Positions 10,495-19,584 are shown, counted from the stretch's first letter. The stretch: 32,000 nucleotides of DNA from Mycobacterium leprae TN (GCF_000195855.1 NC_002677.1:150001-182000); one strand, 5' to 3'. Program-made: numbers and translations. Notes: a model not told the origin generated them from the sequence alone.

Positions 10495-11730
10495 TTAGTG
10501 CACCGGTATCTCGGCGGTGATGGTGTTCATTAGCGCGCCGTAGCGCCCGGCGTTTGGGTCCTGGCCGGGCTTGCCACTGCTGATCAAACCGGCGGCCATG
10601 CTGCGCTGAGGGTCAGCCCAGATGGCGATGTTGACCAGGCCAAGATGTCCGAACGCCGCCGGAGCGTTGCGTCCAAATGGCCCGAACTTGTTCGTTCCCA
10701 AGATGAATCCGGTACCCCAGCGAGCCGGCATCAGCCCCACCACGAAGTCTGGACGTAAACGTCGGCATTCGGCCACTGCACCGAGCAATGTTTCTGAGCG
10801 CAGTACCCGTATGCCATCGAGTTCGCCACCCCGAAGCCAGATTTCGGCGAACCGGGACAGCTCGTTGGCGGTTGACACGGTGTTGGATGATGGCACGATG
10901 GTGGTGAGAAAAGGCGGAGTGTTGGTGTAGGGGATGACTTCGTGCACGGTTCCACCGATCGCCTTACGGAAGATCGCGGCAATGATCGGAGGCAAAGGCC
11001 GTCCGGTGGCATGACTCAGAGCGACCAATGGGACGTCCTCCTCGGCCACGCCGAAGTTGGTCCAACGGAAGCCCAGCGGATCCAGGATTTCGGCGGCCAG
11101 AATGTCACGAATTTCCTTACCGGTGGCCGTCCAGATGATCTCGCGCATCAGCGGACCCCAAGTCAGGGCGTGGTAGATGTGTACCAATCCCGGTCGGTAG
11201 AATGGTCGCAATTCGCTGAGCTTTTGCTGCGCATACGCGTGGTCGTCTGCGCGGGTGACGTCTGGCCTAGGTCCTGTGGGGAAGGGTACGCCCGCGCTGT
11301 GGGTCAGCACATGCCGGATCGTGGTGCGATGTTTGCCGTAGCTTGTGTAGGTTGGCAGATACTCGCAGACCCGGTCGTCGAGTGAGAAGTGTCCCCGCTC
11401 CACCAACATATGGACCACGGTCGCGGTGATGGCCTTGGCTGCTGAGTACGCGCAAAATGGCGTGTCAGTCGTGACGGGAATCTTTTCGGCATCGTGCGGA
11501 TCAGTCGGTGCGTTGCCCCAGCCGTGGCCGATCGCGCGGTTTAGCACAACCCGCCCGTGTTGTCGGATGCATAACTGGATTGCGGGGTGCATGCCGGCCT
11601 GGTACCAGTGGCGAGTAGCCTGCCAGATTCGTTCGACGGCGGCGCTGTCGATGTCGGAATGGTCCTCGTCACCAATTGCCGTTACGGCGTCGAGGTCGGT
11701 TGGGACGCGGATCTTGCCGTCTGAAGTCAA
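10495..11730 (-). CDS. lipE: Beta-lactamase-fold esterase/lipase LipE (Rv3775-like)
   Basis: A 411-aa ORF with the serine beta-lactamase/esterase motif S-x-x-K (YSAAKAIT) and overall collinearity with LipE as I recall it. Confidence 0.85.
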   Translation of the reverse strand: MTSDGKIRVPTDLDAVTAIGDEDHSDIDSAAVERIWQATRHWYQAGMHPAIQLCIRQHGRVVLNRAIGHGWGNAPTDPHDAEKIPVTTDTPFCAYSAAKAITATVVHMLVERGHFSLDDRVCEYLPTYTSYGKHRTTIRHVLTHSAGVPFPTGPRPDVTRADDHAYAQQKLSELRPFYRPGLVHIYHALTWGPLMREIIWTATGKEIRDILAAEILDPLGFRWTNFGVAEEDVPLVALSHATGRPLPPIIAAIFRKAIGGTVHEVIPYTNTPPFLTTIVPSSNTVSTANELSRFAEIWLRGGELDGIRVLRSETLLGAVAECRRLRPDFVVGLMPARWGTGFILGTNKFGPFGRNAPAAFGHLGLVNIAIWADPQRSMAAGLISSGKPGQDPNAGRYGALMNTITAEIPVH

Positions 11731-11740
11731 AGTGGGTGTC

Positions 11741-12577
11741 CTACTCCCCGATGAACTGCGGTGCCCGCTTGGCGAACGTGGCCGATATGCCCTCGGTCAG
11801 ATCCTTGGACGGCAGAAAGGCCGCGTTCCACGCAGCGACGTAGCGTAGGCTCTCTGAGATCGCGGAGGTGCGTTGTTGGTAAAGGACATCCTTGACGCCG
11901 TAGACCGCTAGTGGCGGGTTGGCGGCGATCTCGGCAGCGGTGGCATGGGCGGCAGCCAGCGTCTTGTCGGCATTGTCGTAGACATCATTTACAAGGCCAA
12001 TTTTCTCGGCGCGGGTCGCGTCGATGTCTTTTCCCGTCAACGCCAGTTCACGCAGATGCCCGTCGCTCAAGATCAGTGGAAGGCGGGCGAGACTGCCCAT
12101 GTCGGCGACTATGGCCAGTTTGACTTCCCGCATTGAGAACTTGGCGTCGGCGCTGGCGTAGCGGATATCGACCGCGGAGATCAGGTCTAAAGCGCCACCA
12201 ATGCACCAGCCGTGCACCGCCGCGATCGTGGGCGTGCGGCAATCAGCGACGGCGTTTATCGCCTTCTGCATCCGCAGCACTTCGGCGTGGAAGTCGGTGC
12301 GGGGGCGTGCCAGTGCGCCGTCGGTCAGCAATGGGACGAACTTTCCGCCCATCGCGGGCACGTCCAGGCCGTAGCTAAAATCTTTTCCTGATCCGGTGAT
12401 GACGACGGCCCGTACCTCACGGTTGGTATCTAGCTCTGCGAACACCTCCGGCATCTCCGACCAGAAGGCCGGCCCCATCGCGTTGCCCTTGCCTGGCCCG
12501 ATCAGTGTTACCTGTGCAACCCGATCTTTGATTTCGACGGCAACGGATTCATATGCCCGATTTATGTCTGAGCCCAT
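11741..12577 (-). CDS. echA21: Enoyl-CoA hydratase/isomerase family protein EchA21 (Rv3774-like)
   Basis: The crotonase fold reads from MGSDINRAYESVAVEIKDRVAQVTLIGPGKGNAMGP. The ATG at 12577 gives 278 aa. The ORF-track version is 67 codons longer upstream, and that extension has no homology signal. Confidence 0.85.
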   Translation of the reverse strand: MGSDINRAYESVAVEIKDRVAQVTLIGPGKGNAMGPAFWSEMPEVFAELDTNREVRAVVITGSGKDFSYGLDVPAMGGKFVPLLTDGALARPRTDFHAEVLRMQKAINAVADCRTPTIAAVHGWCIGGALDLISAVDIRYASADAKFSMREVKLAIVADMGSLARLPLILSDGHLRELALTGKDIDATRAEKIGLVNDVYDNADKTLAAAHATAAEIAANPPLAVYGVKDVLYQQRTSAISESLRYVAAWNAAFLPSKDLTEGISATFAKRAPQFIGE

Positions 12578-13198
12578 ATCAAGACCATAGCGCGGCAGCG
12601 GTCTGCCGAGGTTAACGAGGTAAGGACGAAGGTCTCCACCTGCTTGGCGTGTCCACGCAGGGAAAGGGCGCGTACCAGCGCCTGGCGCACCAACTCGTAT
12701 GCGAGCCGACGGGTGACTAGTAATTCGCCGCAGGCTGCTTGTTCTACCTTTGTGCCGCAAAGTTGACCGGGTCACCAAGCGCGGTTAGGTCCACGCCAGT
12801 TTCGCCAACATTGCCCATGTATGCCACGTTTGCATTCACCGCCACACTGATGTGTCGCAAGGAACTTTTTTCGTGCTATAGCCAATGGCTTGCAACAGAT
12901 CTCATCCTTCCTGAATTATTGACGATCGATATTAATTCTTGCTTATGCCTTTAACTAAAGACGTTATAATTTCGTTGTTGGTAAACTTGTCAACCAATGC
13001 GTTTCTGCGCAACAGCTCTCGCGTCGTGGTTACTTCAAACCGGTTGATTGGCATGACGAAATCTGAGTCAGCATTGGCTTCACCCATGGTGGTTCACCGG
13101 CGCACTTCGGTGCGCAACATCGCAATGTCGACCTCGGTTCCGTCGGGGGAATTCTGTCGCAACCACGGAAGCACAGGTTGGGATTCTTACGTGACCGT

Positions 13199-13237
13199 GC
13201 GTAGCTTGCGGAAGCAAAATGCTTCCGCAAGCTACGC
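13199..13237. repeat. Perfect 39-nt palindrome (18-nt arms)
   Basis: The sequence gcgtagcttgcggaagca-aa-tgcttccgcaagctacgc has exactly reverse-complementary arms. It lies in sequence with no credible CDS. Confidence 0.9.
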
Positions 13238-14079
13238 TAACGGACGGGTTGCTGTACCCCGTACAGTACGGTTACTGCGGTAACAATCGGAACAGGAGTT
13301 GCTATACTACTGTAGCTTAGTGTGTCCTTCGGTTAACAGCGCGTGCCAGAAATCATGAAGTGGGTAACGGCGAATCCGGAGACATGGGCGAGACACAATC
13401 GGAATTATCCATGCCGCTACCTCATATGCTTTCGCCGCCATGAGCTATAGGCTGTTAATGCAACAGGTTTCGTGTTGTCACCGTTGTTTCGCAACGTTTT
13501 CTTCCGATACTTCCTCGAAATCGAGGCCATGGACCTGAAACGGGGTAGAGCGGTGCTGCTCGTCGTAACAAGTGGTTTATCAGACTCAATCCAGTATTAA
13601 GCAATGTACCTGACCATCTGGACACATCACTGAGGCTATCGGCGCATCAGATGTTTTGACTGTTCCTAAACGTCATTGGGCACCGGATGAGTGCTTGGTT
13701 GCGTACGGTCCGTGCCCGCGACACCGGGTAGCGAGCCTAGAGCTGCTCCTCCTCACCTCCTACTATAGTTTAGGAGGAGTCCAGAATGTCTTTACCGTTC
13801 ATGCTGCCTATCAGCGCCTCGAGCGTTCCGGCGTTGTTGTCCTTGTTCCCCGCGTCTACACACACCAGCGACAGTATGCAAGCTGCCGACTTGAAGGTCT
13901 TGCCGAACCAACTGGCTTTCTCCGACTGGTCGTTGATCTTGTGTCTGGCGTGGAATTCATCGCTCTTCTGCTCGCCGAGCGTGGCAGGACAAGCTCGCGT
14001 GTTCTTTGAACTCGGCGAATGTGTCATGTGCCAAACCATCGGGTACTCTCCGGCTCGGTGCTCGCAATCTTAGTCACCG

Positions 14080-15020
14080 CCAAACCGCAAGCAAGGCCTC
14101 GTGTCATCCGGCTAGCCGATAGTGATTCGGACACCGAACCGTGCCGTACTTGCGGATAACAATGCGAGCATTCGCTTCCTGCTCAACGAAATTCAGTGTG
14201 TGATGCCTAAAGGCACCCAGACGAAGTTGGTTTGTGCCGGCGAGAGCGCGAACCCAGCGTCGCACAACGCGACGTTGACCCGAGTATGGTACCTGACCAG
14301 GGAGTCCGTGCTGGCTAGCAGCTCTTCGTTGACCTTAAGTGCGACAATGGTGGCGTCTTGTGCGACGTTCGATACAGTGAACGGCACGTAGACCTTGTCC
14401 AGCACAGTGATCGTGTCGGAGTAGCTGATCGCATAGCCTACCCTTAATCCCATACTACTTGAAAAGGCTTTCAGCACAACGATATCCGAATTCACCCGGA
14501 CCAATTCAGGGCTGTCTTGCGGCAGACTGTAACGGATATATTCGACGTAGGCCTTATCGATGTCGATCAGGATTGTGTGGCGGAACCATCTCCACGAAGC
14601 GGGCAAGCTCGTCTGGATCTAAGGCGGTGTCCGTCGGATTAATTGGGGGTTGCAAACGAAAAACAGCCCGGTGCGGCTGGTGATCGCGGCTAGCATCGCA
14701 TAGAAGTCAAAGGTGTGGTCGGCCAACGGCACTTTAACGGTGGCTGCGCCGGCTACCTGGACTTGGGTCGGATAGACTTCAAAGCTGCGCCCCCCGAAAA
14801 CTACCTCGTCGCGGGTTGAGGCAGTGATCTGGGCCAGTTGCTGGGACAGGCTGACTGAACCGCACATGCATGAGACCAGGTCCCGTCTTATCGGGCGTAC
14901 AAACCGCCAACCCGGCCAGCCCGGGCCGCAGGAAGGTAATCTACTTCAACAGTATATGTTGCTGCTGTGTACGCTATGCCTCCGTCGGTTCAGGGATTCC
15001 AGGAGGGGATCGGGTACCCT
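14080..15020 (-). pseudogene. Histidinol-phosphate/aromatic aminotransferase relic (hisC2/Rv3772-like)
   Basis: Two minus-strand ORF fragments in different frames, 14619-14867 and 14193-14606. They read ...RDEVVFGGRSFEVYPTQVQVAGAATVKVPL...FFVCNPQ and ...ILIDIDKAYVEY...VVLKAFSSSMGLRVGYAISY...PFTVSNVAQ...QTNFVWVPLG. The pattern is class I/II aminotransferase, but the PLP-lysine motif SKxxGLAG is degraded to SSSMGL. The outer boundaries are approximate. Confidence 0.6.
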
Positions 15021-15034
15021 CAGGAGGGTCCAAA

Positions 15035-15124
15035 GGAGGCGTGCCAGAGCGGCCGAATGGGGCTCACTGCTAATGAGTTGTCCCCCTTGGAAGGGGACCG
15101 GAGGTTCAAATCCTCTCGCCTCCG
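15035..15124 (+). tRNA. tRNA-Ser (anticodon GCU)
   Basis: Hand-folded. The acceptor is GGAGGCG/CGCCTCC, the anticodon stem is GCTCA/TGAGT with loop CTGCTAA, there is a long variable arm (GTCCCCCTTGGAAGGGGAC), and the T-loop is TTCAAAT. Confidence 0.9.
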
Positions 15125-15146
15125 CCGCGGATATAACTAAAGACAG

Positions 15147-15219
15147 GCGCCCGTAGCTCAACGGATAGAGCATCTGACTACGGATCAGAAGGTTAGGGGT
15201 TCGAATCCCTTCGGGCGCG
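15147..15219 (+). tRNA. tRNA-Arg (anticodon ACG)
   Basis: Hand-folded. The acceptor is GCGCCCG/CGGGCGC, the D-stem is GCTC/GAGC, the anticodon stem is TCTGA/TCAGA with loop CTACGGA, and the T-loop is TTCGAAT. Confidence 0.9.
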
Positions 15220-15544
15220 CTCTGTGGTGTCTCACCTGCCAGCAATGGGTGTACAGCTCCCATTACATGCCGTAGTCGATAGGCGCGTGTTAGATTTGGC
15301 TAAAGCTGGCGATCTCGTGCAAGTTGTCTTGCCACCCCCATCAGCCGCTGATTTGAAACACTTGCTGGCATTAGCTGAGCTGATAGTTGGCAGATATAAA
15401 CTGACCCGGGTAACCGAGGTGCTCACCTATACACGATGCTCGGCTTGAAGTAAGCCAGTACGGTGTAACAGGTAATATGCGACAAGTAGTGGACGGTGTT
15501 GCCAGTATACCGTTGCGATTGCGATTAGGTTGTCGGTGCTGGCC

Positions 15545-16545
15545 AATTTAGCTAGTTTGGCCGAGGGCGTGGACGAACGCACTGGACTCATCCGGTTGGC
15601 GCCAGGTGGTTAGCAGCCGGCCCAGGTTCAGCAAAGGGGCACCGACCGTACACATTTCCTCATCCACGATGGCAACCACGTCTGGCTCGTTGCGGGAGAA
15701 CATTACGTTGGCAGCGTTGGTAGGCACATGGCGTCTAGTATGTCGTACGGTGTTGTTCCAACCGGGATGCTGCCTGCTCGATGCCCGGGATCTGCGGTCC
15801 CGGGTAGTTATCGTATTGTCGCCAGGACTTTAATCTTCGAAAGCCAGCTCGGCACTTGGCTTTCCATGAACTTCACCAACTTACAGAATCGGCATACACG
15901 CCCTCGACATGGTCGACGGCACCTAGCATCGTTAATGCATCATGAGACAAACCGCGTTCCGGGATTGTTAACGTGTAGTGGTGGAAGGATGATCACCGTC
16001 TGCGCGGTGCCCACCGGCGTTGTTGACACAGTTGGCGATCAAGTGGGTGTGTAGTAAGTCGGAGTTGGCTAGTGTGGCAAGGATTTTGATTTCTCCCAGG
16101 CCGAAGCTGTTGCTGTCGGGATGCCGGTACTGTGGTCTGTGCCGCAGAACATTAGTGTAGTCTCGGCCGGTTGAACGGCAACATGATGTTTTGTGTTTAG
16201 CGTCGGTGATCCCGGCAATATCGTCCAGCGGACCCTAGTCCAGCCCCTGCTGTTACATCCATTTCGCGCCGGTCAGTCAAGTCCACGTTGAGATCCAGGT
16301 CACCCACGTGCTTGAACCTATTGGGTGGATGGTGGAGCTTTGAGGGATGCGTCAGCCCCTTGGGAGGCGCGGTGTATTGGCCGATAGGCGCCCAGATCAT
16401 GCTGTTCCGGTCGACGCTCCCCGCGGCCGACTGACCACGGTATCGCCAATCCCGGCGGTAGATTGTTGCCGGTGCAGGCCCAGGGCCTGTTATTGAGCGC
16501 ATACATGCGTTTAGCGTGGTCGGCAGTTGGTTGGCTTTCAACGCT
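15545..16545 (-). pseudogene. APH-family phosphotransferase relic (possibly fadE36/Rv3761c-like)
   Basis: My minus-strand translation of 15600-15760 gives RHVPTNAANVMFSRNEPDVVAIVDEEMCTVGAPLLNLG. The family pattern is HGDxRxxNVMF...AVLDWEMSTLGDPLxDLG, so the catalytic HGD is lost. The 16197-16541 fragment contains APPKGLTHPSKLHH, compared with the family pattern RPPxGxLLPSAH. The reading is broken by stops and frame changes. Boundaries are approximate. Confidence 0.5.
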
Positions 16546-16948
16546 GGCTGGCTAGGGTTTCCTCGACTTCGACCTTGTGCGAAGACAGCGGGAGGTAATG
16601 CAGCGCGTGTGGATTGTGGTTGCCAAGCTGGTACACAGCTTACGTATTACGTAACAAACTTCGAACACCTCTAGTCTCCGGAGGAGCGCACGCTTGTCTC
16701 TGACTGGCTGTGCTATCAAGGCTGGGACGTCTCCGTGGCAACCTTCATGGAGCTGATGGCTAGCTACAGCCGCAGCATTCCGCTATCTGCCGGAGACAAA
16801 ATGCCGCTTACCCGCTTCGTGTTTGCCCAGCGGCCAGCAAACTGACGGCAGAGGCATGTCATGTATGATACGCTCTGAGCGTAGTCAGTTCAGCTAGCGT
16901 GTCAACGCAATGCGTGAGATCCGTGTCGCGCTTTCGTTGGCGTCAGCT

Positions 16949-17389
16949 TTAGCTGGGGGCTAGATGTTCGGCGTATAGCTTTAGCTTTTCAGCGAGCCGA
17001 TCGAGCGCGGTGTTAAGGAGCATCTTCACCATGGGTGCGGGTACCGGCATAGTGAGTTCGACATCGAGATCTACGGTCAGTACGCTGCCCCCCTCCGCCT
17101 GCGTCACACTGAACAGTTGCTCCTGCTTGGAATACAGGTCGCCTTGCTGCATGACGGTTTGGATCTGGTTCACCCCCGGGTAGTACACAGCTTGGATGTA
17201 GGTACCTTGCATGCCTTGAAAGTTAATGTCGATGCGCAACTGACTGGGACGTCCGTCGTCGTAGTGCGCGAGCACCCAAACGCCTTTGATCCACTCGTGC
17301 CATTGTGGGTACGACTCGAAATCGGTGACGATGGCCATGATCGTTGCAGTGTCAGTATCGATCTCGACGGTTTTGCTTAAAACTGGCAT
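16949..17389 (-). CDS. SRPBCC-superfamily (polyketide cyclase/dehydrase-like) small protein
   Basis: From the ATG at 17389 the product is 146 aa: MPVLSKTVEIDTDTATIMAIVTDFESYPQWHEWIKG.... This is the typical START/Bet-v1-like N-terminal pattern. The ORF track starts 13 codons further upstream. Confidence 0.75.
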   Translation of the reverse strand: MPVLSKTVEIDTDTATIMAIVTDFESYPQWHEWIKGVWVLAHYDDGRPSQLRIDINFQGMQGTYIQAVYYPGVNQIQTVMQQGDLYSKQEQLFSVTQAEGGSVLTVDLDVELTMPVPAPMVKMLLNTALDRLAEKLKLYAEHLAPS

Positions 17390-17530
17390 TTGCGAAGCAT
17401 AGCCAGGTGCCCGGCGCCCACCGAACAAGCAGTCCGGTCATCCCTACCGGCTACGAACGCCTACGATTCGGTGATCCCGGCCGTTGCTCTACCGCCCCGT
17501 GCTCACAATGCTGTATTTTCCAAGTTCGCG

Positions 17531-18889
17531 CGTCGCCCGTGTAGGCTACCGGCGTCGAGGTGGGGGATACTAAAGCGCTTTAGATGTTGCCAGCGAGGTG
17601 GGAAAGGATGCCGGTATGAGCACGGCACCGGATACTGTACCCGAGTGCCAGTCCCGTAGGATGCGGATCCTCTTTATCGCGGAAGCAGTTACGCTAGCCC
17701 ACGTTGTGCGGCCGTTTGCCGTGGCGCGCTTGCTTGACCCAAGCCGGTATGAGGTGCACTTCGCCTGCGATCCACGGTACAACAACCTGTTGGGTCCGTT
17801 GCCTTTCCCTCACCACCCGATCCACACCGTCCCCAGCAAGCGGTTTCTCGACAACATGGCTCAAGGTCGACTCTTCCTCTACGGACCGCGAACGCTGCGG
17901 AAGTACGTCGAGGAGGACAGCAAATTGCTGTCCGAGATCGAACCGGACCTCGTGGTCGGTGACCTTCGCTGGTCGCTGTCCGTTAGCGCCCGACTAGCAA
18001 GTATTCCCTATATTGCAATCGCCAATGCCTACTGGAGTTCCCACGCCCGCCGCCGTTTTCCGCTGCCGGACGTGCTCTACACCCACCTCCTCGGTGTCAG
18101 GTTGGTCAAACTCCTTTACCGGCTGGAACGCCCATTATTCTTCGCCTTCCAGTGTTTGCCGCTCAACTGGGTCCGCCGCAAGCACGGGTTGCCGAGCCTG
18201 GGCTTCAATCTTTGCCGTATTTTTACCGATGGTGATTACACGCTTTATGCCGACGTGCCCGAATTGGTGCCGACGTACGATCTGCCGGCCAACCATCAGT
18301 ATCTCGGACCTGTTCTTTGGTCGCCTGCTGGAGAGTTGCCGAGATGGTGGGATTCGCTGCCAACCGACCGGCCGATCGTCTATGCAACGTTAGGCACTTC
18401 CGGTGGTAAGAATCTGTTGCAGGTGGTGTTGGATGCCTTAGCTGACTTGCCGGTGACGGTGATCGCTGCCACCGCTGGTCGCAGTGAGCTGCAGAATGTT
18501 CCCGCCAACGCCTTCGTGGCGGATTACTTGCCAGGCGAGGCTGCCGCAGCACGCTCTGCTGTGGTGATATGCAACGGTGGTAGTTTGACGACGCAGCAGG
18601 CCTTCGTAGCCGGGGTGCCGGTGGTCGGGATCGCCGGTAACCTGGACCAACACCTGAATATGGAAGCCGTTGAGGCGGCCGGCGCAGGTATCTTGCTGCG
18701 AAGTGAGCGGCTCAAGGTCCGGCGGGTGGCGGACGCGGTAAATCGGGTGCTTGGTCAGTCCGAATATCGGCAAGCTGCCCAGCGACTCGCCGAAGTGTTG
18801 GAGCGACACGTTGCTGGACTCCCGCAGCACATGGAGAATGTGTTGCACACCGTATCGCAGAACCCGCCCCCGACATCGCTGGCCAGACA
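17531..18889 (+). repeat. Direct repeat copy A (85-nt leader plus almost the whole glycosyltransferase CDS)
   Basis: Aligns by eye with 21549-22904. The offset is 4018 nt at the 5' end and 4015 nt at the 3' end, because of one 3-nt indel. The copies are identical except for five short patches. Confidence 0.95.
17570..17583. promoter_or_regulatory. 14-bp perfect palindrome CTAAAGCGCTTTAG in the glycosyltransferase leader (copy A)
   Basis: The palindrome ends about 32 nt upstream of the ATG at 17616 and is duplicated at 21588-21601. An operator role is speculative, since about two 14-bp palindromes are expected by chance in 32 kb. Confidence 0.2.
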
Positions 18890-18914
18890 GAAGAGGCCCC
18901 TGCGGTTCGGCTAG
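17616..18914 (+). CDS. GT1-family (GT-B fold) glycosyltransferase, Rv2962c-like PGL rhamnosyltransferase paralogue, copy A
   Basis: The ORF is open from the GTG at 17598. The ATG at 17616 follows the SD-like GAAAGGA by 7 nt. The sequence has [17 protein letters not shown] in the N-terminal Rossmann domain and [28 protein letters not shown] as the C-terminal donor-binding motif. Confidence 0.9.
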   Translation: MSTAPDTVPECQSRRMRILFIAEAVTLAHVVRPFAVARLLDPSRYEVHFACDPRYNNLLGPLPFPHHPIHTVPSKRFLDNMAQGRLFLYGPRTLRKYVEEDSKLLSEIEPDLVVGDLRWSLSVSARLASIPYIAIANAYWSSHARRRFPLPDVLYTHLLGVRLVKLLYRLERPLFFAFQCLPLNWVRRKHGLPSLGFNLCRIFTDGDYTLYADVPELVPTYDLPANHQYLGPVLWSPAGELPRWWDSLPTDRPIVYATLGTSGGKNLLQVVLDALADLPVTVIAATAGRSELQNVPANAFVADYLPGEAAAARSAVVICNGGSLTTQQAFVAGVPVVGIAGNLDQHLNMEAVEAAGAGILLRSERLKVRRVADAVNRVLGQSEYRQAAQRLAEVLERHVAGLPQHMENVLHTVSQNPPPTSLARQKRPLRFG

Positions 18915-19584
18915 CTGCTGTTACGTATCGTCATGTTCTGCAGTGTGTTACCTGTGACGGCTACGGCAGGGCAGATATGTTTCCGTCATCGGCTAGGTGT
19001 TGTGAGTGCGTCTAACTGCTGGCTTGGAGCGTAACGCGATTCGCGGTGGCATCGCTGCGTCCAGCATGGGTATGAACAGTTACAATAACCTGATAACGTT
19101 GTAGATAGCGCTGGCTCGTTGAGAATATACAGTCGCGATGTGGTCGACCGCACGGGTACGTGTTCTGTACGGGTGGCACGTAGCTAGAATGACAACGCGA
19201 GCGCTCTATGAGCACCTCCACCAAACCCATGGTGCTTAGTGGATTGCGGCAGCGCGGACAGATGACGATTTTAAACGAATCGTGTCGCCACCGCCAGCTG
19301 TCACTGTAAAATGTATCATCGCAAATCTTGGAATAGGAATAGGTAGTGTGGTTTCCCTTAACCTTTGCAACAATTTCTGGATTCCAAGGTGCAAGCACTC
19401 TCGATGCTGGCTTAGAATACGTGCGGGTTAAGAGTTTCGATCACTTTGACGAGTCACCCTTATCGGAAAGTGGCGATCGCCTGGCGAACGGGGCCTGACT
19501 GGCCGAGTATCGGCCATATGTTGAAACAACGACTCGACGCCGACTCCGGGATACGGTTGTTCGTCTCGACGAAAGGAGTCTGCC

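Noticed and set aside
11741-12778. Long N-terminal extensions in the ORF track for echA21 (67 codons), fadD29 (61 codons, 27170-27352), the SRPBCC protein (13 codons) and the Rv2952-like methyltransferase (6 codons)
   Set aside because: The extensions carry no family motifs, and the homologous proteins start at the internal Met. For fadD29 the internal ATG also has a good SD (GAAGGA).
12939-13283. 114-aa plus-strand ORF and the overlapping 66-aa minus-strand ORF (13030-13230) in the region lacking intact genes
   Set aside because: They overlap each other across the 39-nt palindrome and have no motifs, no SD and a low-complexity composition. The palindrome accounts for the partial mirroring of the two ORFs across it.
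13656-14073. Three mutually overlapping 89-117-aa ORFs, possibly a relic of another gene such as an Rv3773c-like gene
   Set aside because: I could not match any frame to a family with confidence. The interval is probably decayed coding sequence, but naming it would be a guess.
14946-15263. 105-aa minus-strand ORF
   Set aside because: It lies directly across tRNA-Ser(GCU) and tRNA-Arg(ACG). The translation is the antisense of tRNA sequence, not a gene.
17570-17785. 71-aa minus-strand ORF that recurs almost identically at 21588-21803
   Set aside because: The recurrence results from the glycosyltransferase duplication. Both are antisense to the leader and N-terminus of well-supported genes, start inside the palindrome and have no independent coding evidence.
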